Origin: Psammoneis japonica
Lineage: Eukaryota
DNA: 64,000 bases
Direction: 5' to 3'
NCBI GenBank assembly: GCA_008632985.1
Contig: QPGO01000174.1
Location: 62,001 to 126,000, forward strand
A program made the position numbers and the translations under genes. This document shows positions 50,010-64,000 of the stretch, one piece after another; within the stretch, counting starts at the first letter, position 1; every line of letters begins with the position of its first letter. Under the pieces are notes generated by a model. It did no database searches, was not told the origin of the DNA, and saw only the letters and a list, made by a program, of their open reading frames with translations.

Positions 50010-53000
50010 GAGAAGCTGTGGACGCACTTGATGATTCGGGTGCAAGTTTTAAGAAGTGCACTCCAATAGAAAACAAAGTCTAATAAAATATTGTAACAAT
50101 TGCATATTGAAAATGACTTGGGACACAATAATCAAATGGAACATCCCCGATGACTAACTGTGTTCCTCGTATTTTTCTGGTTGAATAATGCGGAAACTCT
50201 GCCTTTTCTTTTCGGTGATCAAGGCCTTTTCATGAATGATTTGTAATTCAGAAAACAACGTTAAAACTGGATTTGCATTTCAGCAGTGTCTCTGCCTGTG
50301 GTGCTGTTGGTGGTGGAGGTTTAAACTAATAGCACTAACTGTCTTACTCTAGCTACTGTAGTCTCCTAGAGACAGAGTAGCTAGCTACAGATTTTAACAC
50401 GACCGTTGTCTTTGTAGACCGTTGTCTTTGTAGACGACTTTATAATGCTGTCTGAGTCGTTCATCATGGTTTCCGTTGCAATTTTGATGTGACGTCTGTC
50501 ATCCCACCTGTCTTCCAATCGGTGCAACAACTGGTCGTCTGAAAAGGGCAACACACCAGTGCACAAGAGAGCGGGGGTGCGGACATTGAAGAAGTGGTTG
50601 TCCAGGTGCAACAGCATTTTGGAGAATGCATTGGAGTGATCCAAGCAGAGTCTGCCAGCATGCTGAAGGTGCAGAGAATGAGGTTTTAAGCACACAAGGC
50701 AAAACATTGCCCAAAAGTCCAAACAAAGTTTCCAGTTCAACCAAGAAGTGCAAAAGTGTTGCCACTCAAAAAACAGATGTCATGGCCACAGCAACCTCAA
50801 TCCAAACTGCTCAACAGACATGTCTGGCTGGGACACACTTCATTGCCATCATTCCATCAACCTTGCGGTTGCCAAAACACCAAGGCACAACTTCGCTCTC
50901 ACGCAACAAAAGCAAACTTTTCCACCCCAAGCAACAAGTTCTTCTTTTGCCTTTCAAGCATCCCTCACCCATGTCATCATCACAAGGGACAAACATTCTT
51001 TGACTGACCTGACCATTTGAAAGCAGCGGCGTGCAGCTTTCATGGGTGCTGTGTTCCATGGCAACACAAAACCCTGCACTCGCAGTTGGGCACTGTGTCT
51101 GCAAAACAAAAGAGACGCCTCAACTCTCAACCCATGTCCACATCATGCCTGAGGAATGGCTGCTTCCTGGACACTTGCACTGTGATTCAGTCAATGAGAT
51201 TGCCATGTGCGCACGTCACATCTGCTTCCAGTTCACAGCAACAGCGCTCTCCCTCACATTTGCCGTTTGCTTTTTGAAGGAAACACATGCAAATGCCATG
51301 CAAATCCTGTCTCCATTGCCAGTCAGCTCATGATGTGCACGCAACATGTGTGAATCTGCCCCACCATAAACAAAACCCATTGTCTGTCAATGGCTTCAGC
51401 TTCCTGGTGCTTGACACCCTTCTGTCGCACAGATCTCCAGCGCTGTGCTTGTCACACTCTGCTTGGTCATTTGAGAATCATCGCCTTTTGCGACATTTTT
51501 GCTGTCAGCTTCATCTGTTGACTCAGAAATGCCAGGGCTTCCTTGTTGTTTTTCTTGCAACATGCCAACCTCGCCAGCTTCAACTTTCAATTTGGACATG
51601 CCAGAGGGACTCCCCACAGTTTTTCTCTCATTGGTGTCCAGCACCCAACCCACATGGAGTTTGTCGGTGCGCCACAGATCATGTTTGTCGGAAGAACACA
51701 GAGACTCTCCAACAATGGAACTGTGACTTGCTTGTTTTTGGATGCATGTTGCAGCTCTGACACCCGCAGCTTGGATGCATGCAGTTGCATGCAGCATGAC
51801 ATGGAGGCGCATGTGGCGATTCACAAAGGACTTCAGCGGCTCTTCCTCTTGTTGTGTTTCATCTGATTTCTGATTGGCCCAGTCTCATTGCATCCAGATC
51901 AATCACTCTGGACTTGAGTTTGTCAGATTTGCTGCTGGTGGACACAGAGAAAAGGCAAGTCATTCCAGTGGTGGCACCTTTGTTGGTGAGCGTTGATTTC
52001 AGACTTTGGCTGCAGTTTTTGCAAAGGAAAGACAGGAGGGCAGAGCACCGGCAGCACAAAATCCACACAATGGAAGAAGGTGTTCGTGGCCATCAATGGT
52101 GGTTGCGCGCAACTGAAATTTTTGGAAAGACAGACCCTTTGATTTGTGTGCATTCTTTGCACCCAGAGGAGAGATGTGAAATGACCTGTGCTGCACCGGC
52201 ATTTCAACGAACCTGCTTCAACAACAAATTTCTTCTTGGCATCAACATCTCTGTTTCAAATTTCCTTTCTTCACTCTGAAACTTCTTGAACAATGAACAC
52301 CACTTTCAGCAGGAAAGAGAAATGAGTTGAGCTGAATTGAATGTCAACGCCGCCGCATTTTGCAAAACAAGTTGCTTGTTTCAGCTTGTGCCATGCTCAT
52401 GGTCTTTTTGCTCCCATTGCCTCTTTCTTCCCTTTGTGCCTTCACTGCCTTCAGTGGGAGTTTTCTTTTGAAGCAACGGACAATGACGCCTGAACAGAAA
52501 CTGTGCAATTGCACTGACTGCGCCCAAGATGTTGATTGCGGTGGGCTCTGGTGCAGAGACACGGTGGGAGGGGATCCCCGCTTCTTTGAGAAGGTCGCCA
52601 TTGTTGTGTCACACTGTCTCAATTCACTTGAATGGCTTGACTGTTTCGCCCAGGGTTTTCCCATCTCCATGACATCACGGTCATTTCGAAATGCTGCAAA
52701 CCCATGCTGGGTGTGCCGGAGGGGTCAAGAATTGTTCGATTGCCCAACAGGGGCTGTTGTGATCACAGTCATGTGCGCTGGATGTCCGAATGAATGTCGC
52801 GTCCCGTTTCTTCTGAAGAGAAAAAAGAATTGGTGGCATTTCTCAAAGATGATCGGAGCAACAGGAGCCTCCATCAGGCAGGGTTTTGGAGATCCTTGCA
52901 TGGCATGTCTGGGATTGCGTCCAAAAATGGATTTGCCTGTGGAGTCCACCCGACCGAAGGGGAAATGATGGGAAAGATGTGTTCCCTCTCTCCTCATCAT

Positions 53001-54129
53001 GAAGTGAAGGAACTCATGAGATTCAAAACCAAAAACTGTGCATTCAAAGCTGGAAAGTGCAACAGCATCGAATCTGGTGGAGTGCCATTTTTGTCCAAGC
53101 ACCAAAATTTTGGAGGTTGGGCAACTGCCCTTGGACTGGATCTTGAGAGCAGAGAGCTGGCTGGTGTTTGCCATGGTGGAACTTTTTGCAATTACAGCAA
53201 ACCAGATGCAGCAGCAAAAACCCGGAGTGTGGTCGGTGCTAGAAAAGAGTTTGTTGAGAGGTGACAACATTGAAGAGGGCAGCATGCTGAGCGCATGTGG
53301 GTGCATCTATTTTCCCAATCGCTGAGTCATCATCAAGTGTCGGCATTGAGGCTGGATTGATGTTTAGCGGCATTTTTTTAAACAGCTCGTGATTCCACAA
53401 TTTGCTCGCACTTCGCCCGCATCATTTTGCGATGCATCTGAGCACCCCCAAACACTTGTGTGTGTGTGTCCAGCCCCCATCAGGGCTGTTGGACTTTGAT
53501 GTGAACCACACTTGTCAACCTTCAAACGCCAATTCTTGCATTGGGTGTGGTTGTCACATTCGACAAACCGCTGTTTTTTGCCAAAATTGGGCTGTTTGTG
53601 GTGGACAATCCACAACTTTCCAGGAAAGGCCGACAATTGGCATTTGACTGGCTGTGGACACATCTGCGGTTGTTGTTCTAGAGATCCCAAACCTTCACAC
53701 TTCATGTTCATTGTGCATGCATTCCATGACATCTTGCGAACGGACAAAGTTTGACCTGTCGCTGAGCACATTTTTGGCGAAAGCACGCATTGTCAGTGCA
53801 AAGAATCCGGGTTGTTTTGAACATTTACGAGCTCTAAATGAAATCAACCGCCGGGCATCGATCCATCCTTAAGAGAATGTGCAAGTGAAGCAAGGGTGGG
53901 AACGGTGCCATCAGATGCAGGAGTGCTTCTACATGACATTACCTTGATGGAATTTTGGACATGAATTGAAGGGAAAAGTGCAAGGTTGTTGGATCAGGAA
54001 CAGCAGCAGTCTGATCAAGATTCACTTTTTGTGTGGCACTCTCTCGGCTTAAATGGACAGAGAGCTTGTTCCTCACTTGAAAGGTCCTCCCAACCACGGG
54101 CCTCCATTCACGTTTCAGATTCTAGTCTC

Positions 54130-54740
54130 TTGATCAAAACCATGAAAGAACAGTTTTGTCAGTGTCAGCAATGCCATCTGTCAAATTCGCCCACTCATCT
54201 TCAGCAGCATCAGTGCGCACCTCTTCAAAATTGTCAAACAACCAATTTAACAGCAATTTTGTGAAAACGATCTTCAACAAAAAACAGTGCTTCAATGCCA
54301 TGAGTTCCATCAAAACATGGACACTTCTTAGTGCGAGCACTGCCATCATCACATGACTGAGTCAATTTCACACTTTCCAAATCAGAGTGCTCAAACTTCG
54401 CCTCACAATCAATGCATGGCTCCTTCAATGATTTGCTTGTCATGGAGGACAGAATGTGATTGTGCGACAGTCCTCTCCAGGGACTCTGCCTTTGATTCCA
54501 AGTGATGCACTCGACTCGCCATGTTCTGTTCATGATGTTTGCACTGTTGCACTTGCTTCTGATGGTCAACAGCCCAAGCTGCTGCTCCAGCTCATGGTTC
54601 TCTTTTCTCACACTTGGTTTTTCTGCACACGGCTCAGTCTCCATCCAGTTCTTTCGGTTGACTGTAATTGCAGTGCAAGGTCAAATGAGGTGAAGACTTC
54701 AATGACAACAAAGTTGTGAGAAGAGACCGAGGGAGGTGCA
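54130..54740 (-). mobile_element. Truncated Gypsy fragment (LTR end, leader, start of gag) related to A/B
   Basis: SDLESVKLTQSCDDGSARTKKCPCFDGTHGIEALFFVEDRF aligns with Gypsy B SELQEVKLTQTFDDGAKLSKMCPVFTGEHGIESLSHVEDQL. Junction ccttgca|ctgcaattacag matches A/B. Confidence 0.8.
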
Positions 54741-56341
54741 CGACACTGCAGTGATTTCATGTGGAATGATTGAGGACCATCACACCAAGATTTCTGGGCT
54801 GATGAGAAGTCATTGATGCTGTTGAACACAAGCAGTTCCCAACAATGCTGATTTTTGCAAAGTTGAAATGATGTGATGCTCCACAAGCTTTCTGCAATGT
54901 TGTTCATCAGGCACAGTCTTGGTTGAACAAACAGACACATGTCATTCCCCCGTGCGACACCACCCCCCCCAGGTGTGCCACTGATTCCACAACACTGCTG
55001 TTCATGGGCAACATGATGAAGCCAGACAGATGGCATTTTGATGTGATGCAAAAGCAGAAGTGAAATCCATGTGTGACCGTTGTCCTGATTGTCTCACTTG
55101 GGATCAGGCTCCCTTGTTTGACCAGGCTGAACAACATCTTCAACACCCCACTCATCAATTGTGCAATTGGCTGGCTGTGGACAGAACCATGTTCATGGGT
55201 GGCATCCAAGAGGCTTGGAAACATGCACTGTGCAGTGCAAAAGAACAGCTTCCAGCTGCTTTGGCTGGGTGCTGCAATCTGTTGGCTGGTGCCAACTTGG
55301 GCCAGTTGCATTGACTCCTGCCACACTCAGTTTGCTGAGAGTTTGGGCCAAGCAGTTGCTGGCATTGCAGGGTGAACATGCAGCGGCACTTGAAACACAT
55401 GGGTTGTTCTTTCTTTCTTTGTCTCATCTTGCCACGGAGGGGAGGTGTGTCATGACTCACAAAGACAAGAGCGGGCAGATGCACTCTCCACCATGAGCCT
55501 CTGCACAACAATCCTGTGCACTTTGCACATGCTCTCTGTCTGCAAAGGCTCTCATGGATGAAATGCAGATGATGTGTCAGGGCTGCATGTGTGAGCTGTT
55601 GGGCGAAAGCAAGCACAGTGGGCGTGGTTTGTAGAGTGACATGGGCCAAAGTCATGATGTCATTTTCCAATTCCAGAGTGCCAAGCATGGCTTCAAAAGT
55701 GTCACAGGATGAGACATGATCAGCAAGCAACAAGCAAAACAGATCAATTGGTGTCAGTGCTTCAAGCTCCTTGCTGCACTTTCTTTTTAAAATCAAGGAC
55801 ACTTGCAGTTTTCTGGAGGTCATTTTCATGTTGGCATGCACCGGCCAACTCTGTGGGTGCTTGCCCAGTCATTTGAGTCAAGGTGGCAATCAGCCCACAT
55901 TCCAGTGGGGCGTTTCTTCTGAGCATGGCTTGCTTTTGCATTTCTCTGGATTGCTTTGGACATTCCCAACAAGTCATTTTTGACCAGAGCCCTTTTCCCA
56001 TTCAAGTCATCTTTGCCACAAGCACTGTCATTTTGTCTGCAAATTCAAGCTGCAGAGCCTGCAAAAAGAACAACTCCATTGGGTGAGTGGCTGAACCAAC
56101 AACCACCAGCACAGTTTGTTTGCCAAGCAGGAAGAAATCCACACCAGCGCACACACAGGAAGTGTTGAAAAAATGCGAAAAAAGTGACAGAAAACAAGAT
56201 CACAGGCCACGCTCTCTCCAAATTTTCCAGCTGTGGTCCAACCACATCTGGTGCAGAGGTGCCAATGAACAATGACAGAAGGCATTTCCTGCACTGAAAA
56301 CCTGCAAAAGTTGTTTTGTGAGTGCTGTGTGTCAGAAGGCT

Positions 56342-59300
56342 TGACAGAAAATGAAGATGACTGGGTGGAAGAAAACAACAACTCCTTGCTGCTGTCTAAA
56401 TGGCGGATGAGTCTCCATGCAGAGACCGTTGCAGGAGCCGAAAGACTGGTGTCGTGATGTCGGTGCCACTGTCATCACTCTTGTGAGCCGAGTGGCTTGA
56501 AAGCAAACTGCATCGCGCGACGTGCACGGAACCAAGAGCACACATGATCATGTGTGACAAACCAAAATCTTGCTCAAATCCTGTCACTCCCCAGTTTGCT
56601 TGAGGGGTCAACAGCGATGGATTCAAAGTCAGATTGGTTGAAAGCCTCGGGATCGAAGTTCCAAAACATTAGAGGACGAAGGAGGTTCCAGATTTGGGAG
56701 CAACCCCAATGCTTGCTGAGGATGTCAGCCGGGTTGCAGGAGCCTTTGACAAAATGAAACTTGAGGAAACCGGAGGCAATCACATCACGCACATGATGGA
56801 ATGAGAGGGCGGTGTGTCGCTTGTGTGACATGGAGTGCGGGATGGCAGCACTGTCCACAACCAACTTGTTGTCCCCAAACATGTAACATGTTTCATGAAT
56901 GGGAATGCCAAGGCAACGCAAAGTGATGTGCAGATCAATGATCTGCTCAACGCACATCCTTGCGGCAACAAACTCGGATCCATGTGCAGCGGTCTCAACT
57001 GTTGCTTGTTTCTCAGAGAACCAATCAGCCGGAAACTTGTTGAGGAAATGGAGGATGCCGGTGACAGAGCGTCCAGTGAGCATGCAATGGAACAAGTTTG
57101 CATCAACGCAGTGTGTGGTGGTGACGAACTTGCCAAGTGGCTCGGGTGCATCTTGCAGGAGCAGCTCTTCTACCTCCCCATGCACAGATTGAGCCCAGTC
57201 ACACACGGGCTCAGGGAGGTCCGAACAGTCGGGCTCCTCGGTGCGCACTCAGAGGGCGCCATGACGCATCTTGGAGAGGAATCCGCTGATGCATTTGGCA
57301 CGGTCTGGGTGGCCTTGACGGGGTGCTGCACGGAAGCTAGACAGGGACATGACAGCCGCAGCAGTGTCAATGTGACCCAGAGATGCGGCCCATTGCAGGG
57401 ATCCAATCAAGGGTTGGAATTGGTGGATGCCCTCCGGTTTGAGCAATTCGGAGGTGTCAAGCTCAGGGTGGTCACTCTTGTCAAGGGGTGAAAGCACATC
57501 AGTGCAGGGCTTCTCCCCAAAGAGGCGTGCACAGTTGTCAACCATGCGCTCGATGCACTTGCGGGGAGCAAGGCACAGGGCACCGTCTGGGTCACGGGTG
57601 AAGTCGCAGCCAAGATGGAACTCCAATGGTCCAGTGCCCTTGAGCTTGAACTTGTGCTTCTCCATGAGGGTGTCTGCAAAAGCCTGGGGGTCCTTCATGG
57701 CAAAGGCCAGGTCATCCACATGCACTGCCACGCATTCGCAGTGGTCACCATTCCTGCACAGCCAGATGTCGGGTTTGGCTTTGCATGGAAAGAAGCCTTC
57801 GGCATGCAAGCAATCGGCAAAGCATTCATGCCATCTGAGACCAGAGCTGCAGAGTCCATACAAGGCCTTGTGGATGACAAGGATGTGTCCTTCCAGGTCG
57901 CCGAACTCGGGGCCTGCTGTGATGCACAGTTTCTCTTTGGTCGCAGCTTCAAGGCAGGCATTCCCAATGTCAGTGGCCCAGGTCTCTAGTTCATTGAGTT
58001 CGGCCAGGAAGATTGTCATTCGCAGGCCACAGAGGGACACCACTCCAGAACAGACACTGTCGATGGGCACGTCTGTGAGGTGTCCATCGGCAACAAGCCT
58101 TGCTTTGTGCCGTCCATCATGTTTGATGTCATGGACGAGATGCGCCTGGATCTTCTTGTGTCCTGATGGTGCACTGGAATCCTTGTGGTGTCCGCAGTCA
58201 TGGAAGACCTTGCACTCATCAAGCTGAGTCATCTCGAGGTCCGTTGCGTCTCCCTGCTTGCGGTTGCCGTTGCACTCATCAAGGGCCATGGCATGCTTGT
58301 AGTCCTGTGGCACTTCACACCCGCACTTGTGTCGTGGCGCAGTGCGAAAGGAGCATAACTTGGCTTGGTTGGCCATGCGGAATGGCTTCTTCTGGTGAAG
58401 GGCCATCTTGCAAAAATGTCTCCATCCTTCAGTTTCTAAAAGGCCGTGCTCACGCGCGCAGACAGCACAGGTTACGGGGTCATCCTTGGCAATGATGGCA
58501 AGGGGTTTGGACATGATCTCCCCATTCTCCCATTCAAGCATGATGTTGCAGCTTGAGCCTTTCCAAGAGGGATCATGGGGTTGCAATGGTCCTTCGTGCG
58601 ATGCAATGCATCGGAACTTCCAGAGGGTGGTGTCCTCGTCTTCTTGCTCAATGTGGTGCATGATGTTGTTTGCAGGCTGGGACTTCCTTGTGTTTGTCAT
58701 TGTTGATGGAGCAAATGAACTTGACCAGTTCAGGATTGTCTCCAATTTTCCAGTCGTGGTCCTCAATGGCTTTGACGATGCGGGCTCTGTGGCGTTGTCC
58801 ATCCTCTTGTGGCTTCATGAGGAAGGTGCGTCCGATGATGTCCTCGGGGTCAAAGACCGGCATTTTGGGCATCCTGATTGCCTCCCCATCTGGTGAATCT
58901 GGGGGAATCCTTTGAGTCGTGGCGGGATTTAATGACAGGGTCAGCAGATTTCTCATCAGGAGGATCAAGACGCAGGTTTGGAGCAGATGGATCATGAGCA
59001 GAGTGCATGTTGGAACGGCAGAGAATCTTCTGAGTGTCATCAGAAAGAATCTTGAACGTCATTTGGTGACCAACGTGCTCGGCGATGCCAATGAAGTGAC
59101 CACGTAATTCACGGGATTCGGGTGGCCAGTCAGAATCATCCTGTTGGCAGCACACAGGTTCCCACCATTGAAAGCGGAGGAGCCGGCTGATGTCGGGAGT
59201 GGAGCCAGATGGCACCTCAGTGGGGGTGCACCAGTGGAGCTTGGCTGACACTGTGTGGTTGAGCACAAAGCACATGCACATCAGGGCGAGCAGCCAGGTG

Positions 59301-62300
59301 CAAGCCAGGGACCCAAAGTGATCCATGACAGTGTTGGCCATGGTCTTCACAATTTGGCAGCGGCGTTCAGCAAAATTCTGATGCTGGTGGTGAGGCTTGC
59401 TTTGCCAACTAGAGATGAAGAGGGCACGAAGGATGCCAAGAACCTTGTTGCTGATTTCAACCTGAGCACGGTTGCTGATGAGCTTGGACGGGGCACCACA
59501 ATTGCGAATGTTGTCTTCGAGGGTGTTGACAAATTCTTTGTCAGTTGTGGTGCCACACACGTCAGTGACAAGAGATTCCGTGCCGACAAAGAGCTGGGCA
59601 CTGGTGCAACCAGTGTCAACAGCAGGGGTGTCGGAGCAGACCGTGTTGGCAGCAACGGGTTCATTGTGTCAGTGGACATTGAGAGCCGGGTTGGGCAATT
59701 TGTGCACCTTTTTCAGGTGCGTGCTGGCTGGCATGCAGGCGCACTGCATTGTGCAATCAAAAGTGCAGCGGACAGTGTCCTTCGGGAGAAAGCCAAAGCA
59801 GGGGCAGAGGGACTCAAAGTTGGGATCCTTGGGATTGAGTTCACACTCATGGCACTCGTAGAAGAAATCAGATGTCGGGAGCAGGTGATCATCAAGGATG
59901 GAGTCTGCAAGCATGGCGTTGTTGATGACATGGCGGTGATGACAGTTGCCAAACTCATCAAAGAGGTTGGCAGTCGGGTCGTCTTGGAGGTCAGACACGG
60001 CATCATGCCACGTCTCATCGTCCATGAACTGGTGGTCAAGGACAGATGGATCCCATGTGTCATCACCAGTGAGAATGACATGCGGCAGAGTGTCCCATTT
60101 GGCGTCGGTGTGCAGGCATGTGGTGATGCATGGGAGGCTGGCTTTAATGTCGATGGGAATGACGCATCCATCAACAGTGGTGACACGCTGCAGACCATTG
60201 GGGACCTTGATGGACCAATCGTTGACATCGTGTTTGCACCACTTGAGCTGGCCGCAAGAGTGTGTCATCTTCCCCTTTCCAGTGCAGGTGCACTGGTGAA
60301 GGATGGCAATGGCAGGGCCGCGTTGCGCGTGGATGACACCACTGGCAGCAACAATGGGGATGTCGACTGGTTGATGATCGTCGACACCTTGGACGTCAAC
60401 CTGGTGACCAGTGCGGGCAATGACACAAACATCATCACCGGCGATGCCACTGTTTGCACCACGATCCACGAGAGCACCTTTGCGAGTTGACTTGTGGGTC
60501 GAGGCAGAGCAGACGACATTGTGGTTGTTGACGCGATGGCATTTGTGGCCGTTGATCTCAATGTCAGTGTCATTGGGCTTCGCGTCGGAGCGGGCAGAAG
60601 GTGCAGATCCAGGGGGTTTCTTGCCTGAACAAGCGGAAGGAGGCCGTTCAGGTGCCAGGAGATGTTGCAAGTCGCCGGGTGGCAGGGGCTTGCGCCTGGT
60701 GAGATGAGCCAGAATGGGGTCAGCATCGGCTGCAGCATCGGATGGTGCGAGTTCCGATGCAACATCATGGGTGTTGGCGGACAAGTTGACGTCGCCGTCG
60801 CTGCCAAGACGGAGGTCATGGAGGTTGACCATCATCGAGTCATGGCAGTTGCCGGTGTGGGCATTGCACGAGCAAAGAATGATGGCCTTGGTGGACTGGG
60901 GCAAGGTGTCCCAAATGCACTGATGGTCCAGCAGAATGCAACGCCATTGTTCCCTGCACCTGGTGAGGGAGTTGCCGTGGGTCTGTGAAGCATGGGCTTG
61001 GATGACATCAACATCACTGTCGATGTCGAAGAATGCATCATTGTCAGGGTCGTCGGGAACCAGGTCATGTTCGTAGACGGCACGGCATGGAGCGTGAGGA
61101 GCGGTCTTGGGGGTGAACGTGCTGTTGCACTGTGCTGCAGCAGAAAGCAGAAGTCCACAGCACTCTTGGCTAGAGAGACCCTTTCCATTCTGCGTGCGGA
61201 ACTGATCAGCTTGATTCTTTGCCAAGCGGAGTTCTTCAACAGGATGAACGGCGTTCTCAAGCATGACATGTTTCTGGCCAGCAGAGAAATGGTCCGCACC
61301 CGGGATGAGAGCTCCACACTTGCGGAGCTGGTCCTGCCAGTGAAGTGTGAAGGCATGGGTGGATCCCTTCCAGGTGCCATCACCGAGGCAAGCAGTGGTG
61401 AGGTGCGCAAGAAGGGTCGAGGACTCCAGGGATGCGTGAGCAGAAGTGAGGGCGCACTTGGAAAGGTCGCGACACACCACTTGAGCATCAGAGGAGCTGA
61501 AATGTTGACGAACAAGCACCTTGCCTTTGTCATTCTGCAAGATCCATTCGAATGCGGCAAACATGTGCTTCTGTTGTTCATCAAACAGGGCCTTGTCCTC
61601 AGCTGTGGAGGGCTTGCACTTCGGATCAAGAATGAGTTCGACGTCCTGGGAGCGGGCCTGTGCAATGATGGAGGTGTGCCACGTGCACCACTGTTTGTCT
61701 GACTTGAGAGTCACGAAGGTGAGTGGGTCACGTTTGATGCCTCGTTTAAAGTCACGCACAGGGTCACGTGGTTTGGGTGGCAAAGAGCCAGGGGTGGGAG
61801 CAGATGGCACTGCACCCATGGAGAGGGATGCCACACACTCAGGACTAAGATGACAGTCAGTGAGCTCCTTGTGAGTGAACAATTGAGGGTTGTTGCTGAC
61901 ATCCGCGCCGCCGCGCGCTTTTGCCATGTGCAGGCTAATCAGCGCAGCTGTCTGTGCTTTGCAACCACATGGCAAGGGCATCTGATTGGTGCCATTGTTG
62001 CACACAAGGGCATCCAGTTGCGTCGGAGTAAAAGCAAAAAGGTCCTGATGCAAATCGGTTCCATCAATGTTGAGAGTGGAGCGCAATGGACTGTTCGCGG
62101 CTTGGTTCAGAACAGTGCCTAGAATGTGCTCGAGGCCATCAATTTGTTGTTGCCTGGTGAGAACCTTGTTGCAACCAGGTGGATGTCGGAACTGGCTGGA
62201 GTCGGAGGGTGAGCTTGAAACAACTTGAAACTTGACTTGAATCTTGACTTGATGTCTTGAGCTGTCTTGAGAGTCAGAAGCCGCCGGGCTGTGATGCCCC

Positions 62301-63226
62301 ATTTGCAGTTGAGTGCCAAGCTTCCCATCTGGTCCGCAGAGTTGTGCCAGCACGTCTGAACCCACAGCTGGCGACACTTTGGGTTGCCTGAGAGCGGAGC
62401 AATGGGTTAAAAACCCCTGCTGACAAGCCAGCCAGAGGTGGACAAGACCTCCAAACCGTTCTTGTTTTATGTCGGTTGGACAACCCGATCAGGCCGGCCA
62501 AATTTGGCGCTGTGGAGGGATGAACAAACGTGGGAAATGCACCCTCACCCCAACACAGGCTGCGGTCATGAACTGCTTCCTCTCACAGTTGTCCTGGCAG
62601 ACCTTGTGGGACTGCAGAAGACCAGCAATCCAGTGCAGACACAAGGCGGCAGACTTGGCATGTGCAGAGCAGGGCCAGAGTCAAGGGTTTGCATCGTGTG
62701 CACGTGGACGCGAGCGGATGGACTGGCAGGATCCGCCACAAGGAATCCGGAATCTCAGACGTCTGAGAATTTGGGAATTCCTGGCCAAACAAATGTCCGT
62801 TGAACAAACATGTCCAACGATGGGAGGTGTTGGACAAATCCAAACGTGTGGATTTGACCCAGCACCCAGCAGCGAAGAAGGTGGGCACGTGTGCTCCCAC
62901 CACCAACGGCGCACATCGTCAAAAATTTCTTGATGATGACAATGAACGCTCAATGGACAACAAAGAGCAAGACTGTCAATCTGACAGAAAATGAAGATGA
63001 CTGGGTGGAAAAAAACAATGGCTCCTTGCTGCTGTCCAAATGGCAGATGAGTCTCCGTGCAGAGACCGCGGCAGGAACCGAAAGACTGGCGCCGTGATGC
63101 CTGCACTGCTGTTGTCATTTTTGTGAGCCGAGTGGCTCAAAAGCAAACTGCATCACGTGACGCGCGCGGAACTGAGAGCACGCACAACCGTGTGTGACAA
63201 ACCAAAATCTTGCTCAAATCCTGCCA
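56342..63226 (-). mobile_element. Copia (CoDi-like) element B, full length, inactivated
   Basis: 245-bp LTRs at 62982-63226 (5') and 56342-56586 (3'), perfect TSD AGGCT, PPT ctggggag. Gag-protease ORF 59669-62377, integrase (QNFAERR), RT (KARLVADGH, DIGNACL, AVHVDD), RNase H (DANLFH, GSEFVA, NPADIL). Confidence 0.97.
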
Positions 63227-64000
63227 AGGCTTGGCACTTGATGCCTCGCCCTTGCGCTTGACCACGCTCATGCTCCCGGCGCCTGAGCGAGCGTGCGACC
63301 ACTGTCGCTGCTTTTGCACATTCTTCCATTCAACCCAACCGAAAAACAACAGCTGCAGCTCTTTGTGCACCCATGTCTTGATGGTCACAACACGCGAGCA
63401 AAATCTGCTGGCGCTTGTGGGTGTCCGGCCCGCGTGTGAAATTTTCAAAAAAATTCAGTCATCGGTCATCTTGGTTGTCCCTGCTTGCACCCAACCGAAA
63501 AATGACAGCTGCAGCTCTTTAACATGCATGTGTCTTCATGATCATAACACATGTGATTAAAACTTGCTGGCATGTGGATGTTGGCATGAAATTTTCAAAA
63601 AAATCCAGTCATCCTTTCGGTCATCTTGGTTGTCCCAGCTAGTTTTTCACGACCTCGCAAATGACTCTGGATGAATGAATGGCCCGACAGCTCTTTCGTA
63701 GCGCGAATCCGGGATGTGGACTTGCACAACTGTATCAACTGTGAAAGAGGACAGAGGATTCGCCGCTGTTAATACAAGCGAACAAACAGAAGAACAAAAG
63801 CACAGGGTCACACTGAAAGAATACACACGAACACGAAGTGATCAGAACAACCCATCAGGGAACAAAAGAACTGGATTCGTGAAAGCACCTGATGACAGGA
63901 CGAGTAATTCGGAAGGCATTCGTGCCGTTGCTCTTCTTGGTGTACCTCTTCAGGACTTTGCATTCAGGGTTAAAGGATGTGTCTATCACCTCGCTGACAC

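Noticed and set aside
50500..54100. Assigning a family to this decayed coding-like region (likewise 1500-3700, 30700-32250, 41900-43250, 47000-48600, 55000-56300)
   Set aside because: TpA-depleted and probably repeat-derived, but no motif I can support by eye.
1..63560. Hundreds of overlapping Cys/His-rich ORFs as novel small or metal-binding proteins
   Set aside because: They follow from loss of TAA/TAG and enrichment of TG/CA in decayed repeats; many are antisense or off-frame to transposon genes.

Overview
Eukaryotic DNA, most likely from a diatom: one gene has two GT-AG introns, and the Copia elements resemble the diatom CoDi type. Four intact host genes sit as short islands in a sea of decayed transposons. 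They encode a Methyltransf_22-like protein, a 3-exon FkbM-like protein, a GT25-like glycosyltransferase and a UDP-glucuronate 4-epimerase-like enzyme. The repeats include three Gypsy and two Copia elements with paired LTRs and target-site duplications (one Copia nested in a Gypsy), a TRIM-like mini-element, a hAT transposase split by a Gypsy, a tyrosine-recombinase remnant and a RusA-like remnant. The main signal is that the repeats have lost almost all TpA dinucleotides, which were converted to TpG or CpA (A:T to G:C), while the genes keep normal TpA. Conserved Tyr residues become Cys or His (YxDD to CVDD/HVDD), sister LTRs differ mainly at TA/CA/TG/CG sites, and younger-looking elements have lost TpA while keeping many CpG. 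This suggests a repeat-targeted, post-insertion DNA hypermutation process running opposite to fungal RIP. All counts and alignments were done by eye, and I cannot check the literature for prior reports.
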